A program made the position numbers and the translations under genes. This document shows positions 11,966 through 25,203 of a stretch of 64,000 bases of DNA, one piece after another. How positions within the stretch are numbered: position 1 is the first letter of the stretch; each line of letters begins with the position of its first letter. This DNA comes from Squalus acanthias (lineage: Eukaryota): NCBI GenBank assembly GCA_030390025.1, contig CM059433.1, forward strand, positions 27,220,001 through 27,284,000. Reading direction: 5' to 3'. Under the pieces are notes generated by a model that had not been told where the DNA came from, made no database searches, and worked only from the letters and a program-made list of their open reading frames with translations.

Positions 11966-13479
11966 AACACTTCACTGATCAGTAGTGCTCTGATGCTCCT
12001 TGCAGCAGTCACTGATGGGGATGGTGACGCTCTGCTCCATGTACTTCTGCCCCCAAAGCAGCTAGGGCCACTTACCAAGAAATACCCAAGTTCATGCCTT
12101 TCTTTAGAAAAGGCAGGAAAAGATACCTCCCAGTGTCAGTATAAAGTGTAGCGGCTTGGTGAAAATTATTTACTTTTGTTTTTGTATTTTAGCCTTGAAT
12201 ATTTTTCTATGTTTGCTATATTTTTGGAGAAAGGTTGAAGTTTTGTTCTTCTCAAGATGAGGAATGTGATTGTTGCAGAAAAGACCATTTTACCACTTTT
12301 GCACCAGTGTCAGAATCAAGCCTTCCCATGTCAATTCTACAGTGCTTCTACAGTGCTTAAGCAATTTTTATTTTGACTTTGACAGTCATGTTTCTAGCAC
12401 TTATTTTTCTACATTTAGCATTATAAAATGTAGAGCACAGTCTTGACAAAAGGCCTATTTTGTTGAGAATTAAATAGGTGCAAAACTTTTCCCTAGTTTC
12501 CCTTTTTCTTCCCTCAACTTTCCATCAGAGTTGCAGGCCATCTTAGTCTTTTGGGAACTGCAATAGCATTTTTGCACCACATCCAGAAATAATACAAGAC
12601 TAGCATTGCACATTATCTTCCAAGTTGTATCATATTGATAACACAAAGGAATATATTTTGGACGAAGTAGACATTCGGAGTAATGTTCTAAGTGCTGCCC
12701 GTGTGGATCTTCAGCTGCCGGCTATGCATAGCTGGAAATCACAGGCGTGCTGCCCACAATTTCCATCCATATGGATTTCCCAGTATGTACGGCCAGAGGG
12801 TGAGGCTCCCTGCCAGTAAGATGAACTCAGAAAATTGGCCCAACAAAAACAGCCTTTCATTAATTGGTGCTAGTGATTAAAAATCAATTCAATAAACAAA
12901 TATCTGATGACATTATGATGAAGAAGTCTAAATAACAACCTTTTTTTCCTTAAACAAGTTAGCACATACCAAAATTAGAGTGCACTGCACTGACTTCATT
13001 TCTCTTGAGGGAGTAGCAATTACTTTAGGTTAAATTTGGATTATTTTTATCTTAACATTTAGCCTGTAGATTATATAAGGTTTGATTCTGCCTTGAAATG
13101 TTTTCTTAAACATTTAAGGGTCAGATTTCCTCTCTAATGTGCCTGGTTACACTCAGTTAGAAGAAAAGAGGGTGGAGACCTGTGCTGTAGCTAGAAGAAT
13201 CCAAAGCCGGTGGCTATTTACCACCCCCATTTCCAGGTGCAAGGCCTTTCAGAGGGCAGGCCTGCACTGAGCACATCAGGGATAAGGTAAAGATCTTAAC
13301 CTAGAAATACAGGCAGTTTTAGGTCACTGCAAACTTCGAGGGCCAGGCACAGAAGAGCAAGGAAATATTTCACACAGGCCACATAAGAGGCAACAGCAAA
13401 ATTGTAGCAATAGAAATTTCCAGAAGTAAATGAGCGGTGAATAAAGCCATAATTTGTCTCCATAAAATATGCAATTTTG

Positions 13480-13790
13480 TATTTTTCCTGCCTACATCCA
13501 TCTCTTCTTCTTAAGGTGTTGACTCCTTGGGGTACAGTTGGCTAGGTGCTGGATCATTTGTACCTCATCCAAGAGGCCATTATTCACAAGAAAGCCTAGT
13601 TAACTGCAGGGGACCTTACAGCCAAGGGCAATACTATCCTCACCCAATGTGTACTTTCATCAGGGGTCACTAAGGCAAGCTGGTGGGATGAATTGTAATG
13701 CTACCACTTCAATTAAGATCAGCTAATTCAACATAGATTGGGAATTAATCATGGGAATGTCCTGATCTGTGTAGCTCCCTCTCTTAATCT
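13480..13790 (-). mobile_element. Old unclassified SINE-like repeat; related copy on + at ~24140-24350
   Basis: Degenerate shared motifs between the two loci (agtgacccctg..gaaagt..gaggatag/acagg..ggctgt). Confidence 0.4.
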
Positions 13791-14548
13791 ACTGGACCAT
13801 CATGGGATCTCTAGAGACAGATTTGTGTCATCTGTCTTTCTGGAGATCCACCTTTTTTGGTGCCCGACAGAGGCAGGTCTCTTGCACGGCATCCCAACCT
13901 TTAAATCCCTTACACCCTATGAGAAGAAGGCCATGGAGTTTGTGGGGAGGTGCTCAGCTCTTGCCATGAGAGATGGCAAGGTTGGTAGCATATTGCCAGC
14001 ACCAGGTTAGTGACTGACCAACACTGTGGACCTGGCATCCATGTGTCGCATCACACAGATATAACTTTCCATCCCTTTCTCTCTCTCCATAATTCCAAGG
14101 GGGTAATGCTCACCTATTCTTATTGTCATGTCAGTAGAAGACAGAACTGTCCTATTTGTTCTTTAATGAAGCGCGTTCTTTCTATATATAACTCCTCAGG
14201 GAGGTCCTTATAGGATCTGTGCTGCCTGTATATTCTACGGGTGGGGGATAATATCTGGTAGGCTGCATCCTCCTTAAATGCCGCCTAACTCTTGTTTGCT
14301 CCATCCTCTGCTGCTCCTCCTCCTCCATGATAATGGCATACAAGAAAATGCCATAGGGAATGCTCCTGAGAAGCCCTCACTACAGGTAGGGGGTGGAGGG
14401 TCAAAATTTGTCAGTGATCTGGCCCTCTGGAAGCTGTCAGAACCAGGTGCAGGTGTATATACCAAGAACAGCAATAACAAATTGCAAAAAAAATTGTTTC
14501 CCAACTGCAGAAATCACTATTCAAACTCTCTAGACACTTCAGACTCTT

Positions 14549-15306
14549 GGGGCTAAAAATTGAGTCGCGCCCCATTTGGGGCGCTAACCTCGCCGGGGCG
14601 CTAAAAATTAGCGGCCCCGCACCGGAATTTCAGTGGTTGTGCCCCAAGAGGGAAGCGGGGCGCCACTGGAAGCACCCCGCATCCCTCTTGGGGCGCTGCG
14701 AGGGAATATCCTGGCGCTACGTGCCGCAGCGCCAGGCGCTGCGGCACGTCGCGCCGCGGTATTGCAGGCCTTCCTCCCCTTCTTAAAGGGGAGGGACCCT
14801 GCGCAGCGCGAACCGGGGCCCAGCTGGGCCCCCAGGGATCGGGAGTGCCGGCAAAAGAGCCCGGCACTCAAGAGAAGTGCCGGGCTCTTGGAGCGCAGCC
14901 GGCACTTCACGGTGGGGGGGCTTCACGGGGGCCGGGGACAGCAACGGGGGCAGGTGCTGGCAGGCGGCCAGCAACAAAAATGGCCGCCTGCCACCTCCCC
15001 TTTAAATATCGCTGCCCCGGCCGCACGTACGCCTCCCTGAACCCGTCGGACATAGTGTCTGGCGGTAAATCAGGGGGCGCGACTGAAGATCGCGGCTGGA
15101 GCGCGAGCGGGGTGCTGCGCACGGCGATGACATCATCGCCGGCGGCGCAGCGCCACAGGGCGCTACCGGCTGGCGCCGCCGCTAACCTCCCGCTGAATTT
15201 TACGGGAGGCGTGGGCGGCGCTGCGCCCGGGCGTTAGCTGCTTTACGCCCCATTAGCGCCCTCTTAAGGCGCTAACGGGAGGCGCAAGCAGCTGAATTTT
15301 TCCCCC
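14549..15306. mobile_element. CpG-rich Harbinger MITE related to family 1
   Basis: Ends ggggctaaaaatt...aatttttccccc; right subterminal taaggcgctaacgggaggcgcaa matches 1985-2007; tcttaaaggggaggg is shared (inverted) with 59113-59127. Confidence 0.85.
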
Positions 15307-15799
15307 ATAAACTCCTCAGGGCAAACCAATCTTGCAGTGGGGGCCTCAAACAGGCATTAGGCCTCTTATTTTCATATGGAAAGAGCCTAGGTCTGTTTCA
15401 TGCACTGCACGATGATTTTTTGGCCTTTACCAATATGGCAGGCAACGCACTTCTGGCTTGTAATGAGCGTGCGCTTCCTGCCTGCCAAATTGGAGTCTCA
15501 GGAGGCCGTTTAGTGTCCAACATAGCCGAATTTCTAGGCCATGGTGTTCCAGTATCCTCATAAGCTCAGAAGACCATTACGTATGTGCAAGTACATGTGA
15601 CACGTGATATTGAGCATACGTGCTAGTTACACCTAGTGGTACTTGGAGATTTTGAAGAAACCGAGGTCCCGAATTGCCACACCACTTTTAGTATTTCCTC
15701 TGTGCAAATCGGGGCTTTTTTGCTTTGGGTAGCAAAATGGGGAGGAAGCCATTTCCACTGGTTTTCCACCCCAAAATCGGTACTCCTGAGTTTCCTAAT

Positions 15800-16690
15800 A
15801 TGATTTCACCCATCCCGCAATCTGGACACTGAGGCTGCGATTTTTCAAATGGATGCAGCTTGGGTTTCCGGGTTCCAGTCCCGCCCTCAACTGTATCTGG
15901 CCAACGGACGTGATTTTACATCGATTGGCCTTGTTAAGCCCGCCCTGCGGGCTTTCCGGCCAATTAAGAGGAAGCCAGTCAGATGACATCATTTGATGAC
16001 GCGTCATCTGCCGGTTTTCTTAAAGGGACCACGCACAATTTTTCTTTGACAGCTCATTTCTCAGTGTTTGACAGCATTGAGGTGCTACAAACACTGACAA
16101 TGACTGTTCACAGGTGAGCAATTGCACCCAGGCTCTCCAGTGACTCCCTCCTTAGGCTAGAACAGATGGCAGCTGCAATGAGGTTACAGAAGAGATCTGT
16201 CACTGGTGAGAGAGAGGTTCTCCCAATGAGGTGGGACTAGACAGCCAATTCAAAACCCGTTACCTACAGAAAAGTGTAAATGCATTAAAAATGATTTTCC
16301 CGACATTTCCCTACCTCTGAAACTCACCAGTGCACCATTGGATCCTTCACACCACTTCTGCAACTGTCATCAATGTAGAAACACTACAGCAGACTCACAA
16401 CACGCCACATTTACCTGGCGTGGTGTCCGGACGTCGGGGAACCCGAGGCAGAAGCGGCAAAATTGAAAAAGAGCAAGTATCAAGTACTTGTTAACAGCCA
16501 GGTAAGTGGCTATAATCCTCTTCCCACCACTAGGTGTCGGGTCCATGCGCAAATCGGGGACCCGACACTTGGGAAGATTGATTGGAGGCGGGTTGACAGC
16601 GGGTTTCCTGCCCACTGTCAATCTTTGCGATTTTGACAGCGGTCCCACCTCCAATCCCGCACTCTGAAGACTGGCAAAATTCTTGCCTGA
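15800..16690. mobile_element. Degenerate non-autonomous Harbinger derivative (family A/B-like subterminal sequence)
   Basis: ttaagcccgccctgc and tgacatcat..gatgacgcg motifs shared with 28320-28400 and 43520-43600; decayed Myb start (gcacccaggctctcc). Confidence 0.55.
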
Positions 16691-17042
16691 ATTCTGAGTG
16701 AGCTCATTATAATATTCTGGAATGCAGGCCAGTGGTGCTGCGACCCTTCATTTCCTGGTTTTACACTTGTAATATACTAGAGGTAAGTTAGAATGAGAGA
16801 CATAAAGCACAGCTCGTGCCATGATCAACTAAGATCGATGGAAGTGAAGAGTTTCTGAGCCTCTACAATGTAGATAGTTTGAATAGTAATTATTGCAGCT
16901 GGGAACAGCTTGGACTTGCTTCTCACTGCTTCTGAGAGTCTGAGACCATGGATAATTTTCACCAACCCACAGTGAGGGCTTCTCAAGAGCAGATGTGGCA
17001 TTCCCTGAGGGAATACCATTGTATGGCCTTCCTCTCATGGTA

Positions 17043-17375
17043 AACCGGGCTGGGACCAGCGTCTGGGCTGGGACCAGTGTCCTGGCGAATCGAATAACTA
17101 GGGCTGTAGATAGGGATTTAAACTGAAAAAGGGGGGAGGGGTCAGGTGAGGGGAAATTTAGAAATCTAAAAAGAAAGGTCAAGGCAATAGAGCAGTGTAG
17201 CAATTTGGGTAAAAATAAGCAGAGTGCGACAGGAAGGAACAGAGAGTTTAACGGTAGCAGTGCAGCAGAGAATAAGGTCAAAGCAGGGAATAATGGTAAA
17301 AAATTTAAATTAAAGGCTCTTTCTCTGAATGCACGAAGCATTCGTAACAAGATAGATGAACTAGTGGCACTGATT
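17043..17375 (+). mobile_element. Internal CR1 fragment (ORF1 end and start of the APE endonuclease), no 3' tail
   Basis: LNRAGT...GLN*-like ORF1 end, then LSLNARSIRNKIDELVALI; compare 21060-21340. Confidence 0.75.
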
Positions 17376-17979
17376 TCGTCTCCCTCTTCATCATCCTCAC
17401 ATTTGTCATCCTCATAATCTATGAAGAAAATAATTCTGTCTCCCTTCCCCCTCTTCCTCATCATCATCATCTTCCTCCTCCCGTGTCTCTCTTTGCTGTG
17501 GTGGATCTCCCAGAAAGGAGGTTAGAAGCTATGAATTCGTGAGCAATATCCCCTTGGAATTAAGGAGACAGACAAGGAGGTGAAAGCTTGTGGCTGTGTG
17601 ATGCTTCATAGGGGTGCCATGGCCATTGTGTAGGTTCCATTGTGTAGGTTGTTCAATCACTGACCTGGCACTGGCACTATGCCCCGACCTAGTTATCGCC
17701 CACATTTACAGTAGAGTGCCTTACCATGAGCTCCATGGCCTGCTCTTGTGAGGGTGAGGTCCTTTAGGTTGGGAATGCCCCCTCTAGTGTCTTACCTCTT
17801 GTGGGCATTAAGTGCCAGTTTGTGCTGCAGCAAGATTGAGTGAATTAGGTGAAGGCTACCAACTGGGGAGTATGTGTCAGGTCACATAGGACAAATGAAG
17901 TAGGGGTTTTAGGACCACGCATACAAGTAATTTCAGTTAGGGGAGATGGGTAGCCATACTGTAAGTTACTGTCCTCCCC

Positions 17980-18330
17980 TTAATCAGAGTGCATTGTGAA
18001 GGATAACACAGTTGTTAATCTTATCGGGTGAAGGGTGTGCTGGTGCCCAGGGTTCCCAAATGAGAAGAGGGAGAGTGGCCAGTGTGTTACTTTGCCTTCC
18101 CTGGTCAGGTTATTGAACTTCTTGCGGCACTGGTATGCAGTCCTTGGAGTGAGAGAGATGGCACTCAGTGCCAGGGCCACCTCTCTTCACATAGCACAAG
18201 AGACCTTTTTTGCAGACTTCCTATCACAAACACCCAACAGTCTGTCTTTTCTCTGCTCTATTCCATGAAGGAAAGTTTTTGGATCTGACTCATTGAAGTT
18301 GTGGGTTGTTCTTTTATGCCTCTGCCATAC
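17980..18330 (-). pseudogene. Decayed Myb/SANT-like (Harbinger partner) exon
   Basis: PRTAYQCRKKFNNLTREGK|gtaac resembles RTWVQCRKRFNDL...GK|gt of the Harbinger A Myb exon 1. Confidence 0.65.
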
Positions 18331-18540
18331 TCTTGTTCCTTCTCTGGCTGCCTCTGCCTGCTATTCTGTGGTAGAAACTATTGAATAGTGGCACAATAAC
18401 ATTCATAAGACATCCAGTCAAGCTACCTGACAGTGAACTGAATGAGACAAGCACTTTGGTACTTATCCACTGCTCCCCCAGCCTGCTGCTGCAATCTTCA
18501 TCCAGAGCAGGCTTTTAAAAGGCTGCACTTTAATTTCCAA

Positions 18541-18862
18541 GCTAGAGAGAAACTATTTCCTCTGGTGGGGAGTCCAGAACAAGGGAGCATAACCTTGAAA
18601 TTAAAGCTAGGCCGTTCAGGGGTGATATCAGGAAGCACTTCTTCACACAAAGAGTAGTGGAAATCTGGAACTCTCTTCCCCAAAAAGCTGTTACAACTGG
18701 GGATCAACTGAAAAATTCAAAACTGAGATAGATAGATTTTTGTTGGCTAATGGCATTAAGGGATATGGAGCAAAGGCGAGTAAATGGTGTTGAGGTACAG
18801 GTCAGCCATGATCTAACTGTGTGGCAGAACAGGCTTGAGGGGCTGAATGACCTACTCCTGTT
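18541..18862 (+). mobile_element. CR1 3' end fragment
   Basis: EKLFPLVG...; cctactcctg tail. Confidence 0.85.
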
Positions 18863-20169
18863 TTGCATGGGATTTATGCCAATGGATATGCAAGTGAGCC
18901 ACAAAACTTTTCTTCCAGATCATCGATGAATGTAACTCATCTTACATTAGCGCAATTCACCGTGTGAAAACTTGGACCCGAGCATCTAGTGTGGCAGCTT
19001 ATTTCATCCATCTGTATATAGCTTCAAACTACCTCTCAGCATTAGTCAGCTGTGGTATAAAAATTAGTTATTGGAGCACTGTGCCATCTACATGCTGTAC
19101 CCTAACTTCAAGCCACTTACTTGGTGGGTCTCGTTAAATGCAGAGCAACTTAACTGCAATGTTCTCAACCATGATGCCACACTGAGTTTACACCACTACA
19201 ATGTCATTTGCATGAAAATCCTAACATAAAAAGGATTTATTGTTTCTGTAGAGTGATGCATTTTCTTGGAGATCTGTAAGGCAATACCTCTGTAAAGCTC
19301 AACAGCTAAACCTCTAACTCATATTTATGGAGATACCATGCAACATTCTTTGTAAAATTCCACAGTTCGGCTAACACTTGGTCAGTTCAATTATGTTTAA
19401 TATTTAATTAATAATTAATGTTTAATCACAAAATTAAAACTGCAAATTGCTCAATGTGACTTCTACTGCTGTGATGACAGACCCTTTTTAGGGGGAGTAT
19501 ATTAAAATAAAATGATATAGTTTGCTTGTTATTACTGGCTGATCATTTAGGAGCTAAATCCCAAAATTGCATAATGTATACAAAATTGGAGCATGCAACT
19601 AAATGATGAAGAATTTGTTAGGAAATTATAATTACCATTTTCTAACGATGCATTACTGTACTTTCCTACAGCTCAGGGGACTGTGCTTTTTCCACATGTA
19701 GCATCAGAAAAATCCACCCCCATAAAAATGACTCATCCAGCAGAAAAAGAGAAAGCCAAGCTGGTAAGCATACAACAGAAACAAATTTGTTTCCCCTCAT
19801 AACTCATTCTGTCACAATCAAAAGCTACAGTATAGAAACTTTCTATGGACATTTAACAGCATTTAAATGAAAACACTGAACACAAACCACTGATTTCCAA
19901 AGAATGTCATAAAGCAATAGGAATAATCAAAAGCAAACTAAGGTTAGATAATGATCTCTCCAACAAAAATGTAACTTTCTAATATCTGATCTCAGCCAAG
20001 CCAGCAGTGCAGGCACAACAATTTCTGTTAAGTTTTAAGTGTATTTCTGCTAAGTAGTTCATAGCCTATTAATAGAGGGAGAGAGCTGATTGTTGAGTAG
20101 CTGGTGAGTGTTTTTTGTTACATTTTTAAGTTTATTTCTGTCAAGGTAGTTCATAGAATATTATATAGA

Positions 20170-21124
20170 GGGATCGCAGGGAAGCTCAGTCCCGTGAATT
20201 GCACATCCTGTGCCACGTGGGAAATCCTGGATGCTTCTTGTGGCCTGGACGACTATGTGTGGGGGAAGTGTCGCCAGCTACAGCAGCTCGAGCTCCGGGT
20301 TTCGGAGTTTGAGCGGCGGCTGGAGTCACTGCAGTGCATCCGCAAGGCTGAGAGTTACGTGGATAGCACGTTTCTGGAGGTGGTCACCCCACAACTTAAG
20401 AGTGTGAAGGCAAAGAGGGAATGGGTAACCACCAGACAGAAGAGGAGGACCAGGCAGGTAGTGCAGGAGTCCCCTGAGTGCATCTCGCTTGCTAACTGGT
20501 ATTCAGTTCTGGATACTGGTGAGGGCGATGGTTCATCTGGGGAGTGCAGCCAGAGCCAAGTCCACGGCACCATGGGTGGCTCAGCTGCACAGGTGGGGAG
20601 GAAAAAGAGTGGAAGAGCAATAGTGGTAGGGGATTCAATAGTTAGGGGAATAGACAGGCGTTTCTGCGGCCGCAGACGTGACTCCAGGATGGTATGTTGC
20701 CTCCCTGGTGCCAGGGTCAAGGATGTCACTGAATGGCTGCAGGACATTCTGAAAGGGGATGGGTGAACAGCCAGAGGCCGTGGTCCACATTGGTACCAAC
20801 AACATAGGTAGAAAAAGGGATGAGGTCCTGCAGGCAGATTTTAGGGAGCTAGGAAAGAGATTAAAAAGCAGGACCTCAAAGGTAGTAATCTCCAGATTAC
20901 TCCCGGTGCCACGTGCTAGTGAGTACAGAAACAGGAGGATAGAGCAGATGAATGCGTGGCTGGCGAGATGGTGCAGGAGGGAGGGCTTTAGATTTTTGAG
21001 GCTTTGGGACCGTTTCTGGGGGAGGTGGGACCTGTACAAGCCGGACGGGTTGCACCTCAACAGGACCGGGACCAATATCCTCACGCCGGGGTTTGCTAGT
21101 GCTGTTGGAGAGGGTTTAAACTAA
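20170..21124 (+). pseudogene. CR1 ORF1 (zinc knuckle + SGNH/GDSL esterase), frameshift at ~20760
   Basis: ORF-track fragments 20104-20766 and 20759-21124. Confidence 0.88.
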
Positions 21125-21150
21125 CTTGGCAGGGGGATGGGAACCTGAGA

Positions 21151-24054
21151 GTGGATTCAGAAGGGAGAGAAGCAAAGCTGGAAATGGAAGGCAGAAAATT
21201 AGTAAGCGAGTTTGGTAGGCAGAGGAAACAAAGGCTAGAAAATAGACAAGAAGGGAGTTTGGCAGTGCTAAATGGTATATACTTCAACGCAAGGAGTCTA
21301 GGGAATAAAGCAGATGAGCTGAGGGCACAGATAGACGTGTGGGAGTATGAGATTATAGCTATTACTGAGACATGGCTGAAAGAAGGGCAGGAATGGCAGC
21401 TCAACATTCCTGGTTATAGGGTTTTCAGACGAGATAGAGAGGGGGTTAAAAAAGGAGGGGGGGTTGCAATATTGATTAAAGAATCAATTACAGCTGTGAG
21501 GAGGGAGGATATGTTCGAAGGATCATCAAATGAGGCCATATGGGTTGAACTGAAAAACAAAAAAGGGGCAATCACACTGCTGGGAGTGTACTATAGACCT
21601 CCAAACAGTCAGAGGGTGATAGAAGAGCAAATATGTAGGCAAATTTCTGAGATGTTCAAAAATAGGGCAGTAATAGTAGGGGATTTCAACTTCCCTAATA
21701 TTAACTGGGATAAAATTAGTGTGAAAGGCATAGAGGGAGCAGAATTCTTAAAATGCATTCAGGAGAACTTTTTTAGCCAGTACGTAGCAAGCCCAACAAG
21801 AGAGCGGGGTGGAGGGTGTTCTGGACCTAGTTTTAGGGAATGAAGTTGGGCAGGTAGAAAGGGTGTCAGTGGGAGAGCATACTGGTGGTAGTGATCATAA
21901 TTCAGTTAGATTTAGGGTAGTTATGGAAAAGGACAAGGACGGACCAGGAATAAAAGTTCTCAATTGGGGAAGAGCTAATTTTACTAAGCTGAGTGGTGAT
22001 TTAGCCAAAGTGGACTGGAAACAGAAACTTGAAGGTAAATCAGTGTCAGAACAGTGGGAGGCATTCAAGGAGGAGATAGTGAGGGTTCAGGGCAAGTATG
22101 TTCCCTTAAAGAAAAAGGGTGGGACTAACAAATCTAGAGCTCGCTAGGTGTCAAGGGGTATAGAGGTAGGATAAAGAAAAAAGGAAAGCTTATGACAGAC
22201 ACCTAGGACTCAATACTGCAGAAAGCTGAGAGGAGTATAGAAAGTGCAGGGGTGAAATCAAAAAGGAAATTAGGAAAGCAAAAGAGGGCATAAAAAAATA
22301 TTGGCAATTAAAATCAAGGAAAACCCAAAGATGTTTTAGAAATACATTAAGAGCAAGAGGATAACTAAAGTAAGAGTAGGGCCTATTCGGGACCATAAAG
22401 GAACCTGTGTGTGGAAGCGGAAGACATGGGTATGGTTCTTAATGAATACTTTGCGTCTATTTTCACAAAAGAGAGGGATGATGCAGACATTGCAATCAGG
22501 AGGGAGGAGTGTGAAATATTAGATGAAATAAACATAGTGAAAGAGGAAGTATTAAGGGGTCTAGCATCTTTGAAAGTGGATAAATCCCCTGGCCCGGATG
22601 AAATGTATCCCAGACTGTTAAGAGAAGTAAGAGAGGAAATAGCAGAGGCTCTGACCATCATTTTCCAATCCTCTCTGGCTACAGGTGTGGTGCCAGAGGA
22701 CTGGAGGACTGCTAACGTGGTACCGTTGTTTAAAAAGGGAGAAAGGTATAGACCGAGTAATTACAGGCCAGTCAACCTAACCTCGGTGGTGGGAAAATTA
22801 TTGGAAAAATTCTGAGGGACAAGATAAATCTTCATTTAGAAAGACACGGATTAATCAGGGACAGTCAGCATGGATTTGTTAAGGGAAGGTCCTGTCTGAC
22901 TAACTTGATTGAATATTTTGAGGAGGTAACAAGGAGAGTCGATGAGGGTAGTGCGTTTGATGTAGTCTATATGGATCTTAGCAAGGCTTTTGATAAGGTC
23001 CTGCATGGCAGACTGGTCATGAAAGTAAAAGCCCATGGGATCCAAGGCAAAGTGGCAAGTTGGATCCAAAATTGTCTCAGAGGCAGGAAACAAAGGGTAA
23101 TGGTCGAAGGGTGTTTTTGTGACTGGAAGGCTGTTTCCAGTGGGGTTCCGCAGGGCTCAGTACTGGGTCCTTTGCTTTTTGTGATATATATCAATGATTT
23201 GGACTTGAATGTAGGAAGTATGATTCAGAAGTTTGCAGATGATACAAAAATTGATCATGTGGTTGATAATGAAGAAGAAGGCTGCAGACTGCAGGAAGAT
23301 ATCAATGGACTGGTCAGGTGGGCAGCACAGTGGCAAATGGAATTCAATCTGGAGAAGTGTGAGGTAATGCATTTGGGGAGGGCTAACAAGGCAAGGAAAT
23401 ACACTATAAATGGTAGGACACTGAGAAGTGCAGAAGATCAGAGGGACCTTGGAGTGCATGTCCACAGATCCCTGAAGGTAGCAGGACAGGTAGATAAGGT
23501 GGTTAAGAAGGCATACGGGATACTTGCCTTTATTAGCCGAGGCATAGAATATAAGAGCAGGGAGGTTATGCTTGAACTGTATAAAACACTAGTTAGGCCG
23601 CAGCTGGAATACTGCGTGCAGTTCTGGTCATTACATTACAGGAAGGATGTGATTGCACTAGAGGAGGTGCAGAGGAGATTTACTGGGGAACTTTAGCTAT
23701 GAGCAAAGATTGGATAGGCTGGGGTTGTTTTCTTTGGAACAGAGGAGGCTGAGGGGAGACCTAATTGAGGTGTATAAAACTATGAGTGGCCTAGATAGCG
23801 TGGATAGGAAGGACCTATTTCCCTTAGCAGAGGGGTCAATAACCAGGGGGCATAGATTTAAAGTAATTGGTCGGAAGTTTCGAGGGGATTTGAGGAGAAA
23901 TCTTTTCACCCAGGGGGTGGTGGAGGTCTGGAACTCACTCCCTGAAAGGGTGGTAGAGGCAGAGACCCTCATCACATTTAAAAAGTACTTGGATATGCAC
24001 TTGAAGTGCCATAACCTACAAGGCTACGGACCAAGTGCTGGAAAGTGGGATTAG
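21151..24054 (+). pseudogene. CR1 ORF2 (APE endonuclease + reverse transcriptase), fragmented
   Basis: Five consecutive ORF fragments carrying APE and RT motifs in the expected order. Confidence 0.92.
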
Positions 24055-25203
24055 GCTAGATAGCTCTTTGTCGGCCGGCACGGACAAGATGGGCCAAATA
24101 GCCTCCTTCTGTGCTGTAAATTTCTATGATTCTGTGAATTGATGTCAGCAGCTCTGGGAAAGAAGGGTGAAAATTGCCCAGGGTTACCATTCCTGCTCGT
24201 TATCCTGTGATACTTTCTGAAAGTGCGCATGTATGAATGTTGATCAAGGACAGGATCAAAATTGGCTGTGATGCCATCCTGACACTTTATTGACTAAACT
24301 CATGTATGAAGAATAGGGTTCAGGCAAGGTATCTTAAGGTGGCCAGCAACCTGGAGAAGAGCCATAAGATTAATCCCTAATGTCAGAGGACTGAGTTATG
24401 AGGAAAGACTTGGGCTTTCCAAGCTTTAAAGGGGATGCTTGAGAAGTGATCTTATAGAGCCATATAAGACAATAATCAGTATAGAAATGATAGATCAGGG
24501 CCATTCCTTTTAATACAGTAGTTTGAAACTAGCAAAAGGTAAATTTAGGACCGATGCTAGGAACGCACAACCTCTAGCAGAGGTGAGAATGCCACCACTG
24601 AGCTAAGCTGATACTTGAGTAACCAACACATGGAATAGACTTTTGGGTAGGATATTGAAGCAAAAACCCCAGAATCATTTAAGAAACAGCAGATTGTGTA
24701 TGTGTGGGGGGGGGGGGGGTGGATTTAGGATCATTCTGGATGGATGAGCTAAGATGAACAGAATGTCCGTCTTTATCAGTATGTATCTTATGAAGGTACA
24801 CTCAGACATTTTGTGGTGAGTTGTGCTGCTTGCCATTTTGCGCACAAGGAGTTCCTGGTTTTTGAGGCCCAAGTTTCCAAGGCTCTGGCCACAGTGTGCT
24901 GCTCGCCCATAAATCCTGAGCTAATGGGGAGCGCTAGGGTCTGACCTGCTCAAGTAAGCTTCTTAAAGGCAGATGATGTTTTTTATTTCAAGTAATTTTG
25001 TGTTTTCAATTAAATTTTGCTCCCTGCATTAGTTGATTTTGCTTGGTAGTCTTCCGCCTTTTTTTCTTGTCAATGCTTTTCTTCAGTATATTTGGTTGTG
25101 GCTTCTTTTAAATATCACCATACAAAGAAGTGACGATGGGTATTCCTTTGGGGGTTACAAACATGCTGTATGATCAAGATAAGGAAGAAGAGATTATATT
25201 GAA

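Larger units (their letters stand above)
20070..24135 (+). mobile_element. Near-full-length CR1 LINE, inactivated by frameshifts and stops
   Basis: ORF1: CxxC...C zinc knuckle, coiled coil, SGNH esterase (GDSIV, LPGA, HIGTN, DGLHL). ORF2: APE (NARS, ITETW, YYRPP, GDFN, SDHN) and RT (YRPVNLTS, GVPQGSVLGP, FADD). tttctatgattct tail. Confidence 0.95.

Noticed and set aside
14547..15237. Cluster of overlapping GC-rich ORFs
   Set aside because: Stop-poor MITE sequence; no recognisable domain.
16328..16360. GSNGAL|gtgagt on the minus strand as a possible collagen exon
   Set aside because: Gly periodicity breaks after two triplets; lies within a decayed transposon.
19672..19763. Plus-strand segment bounded by ttcctacag| and |gtaagc
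   Set aside because: No recognisable product or partner exons and antisense to the collagen gene; cannot be supported without RNA data.
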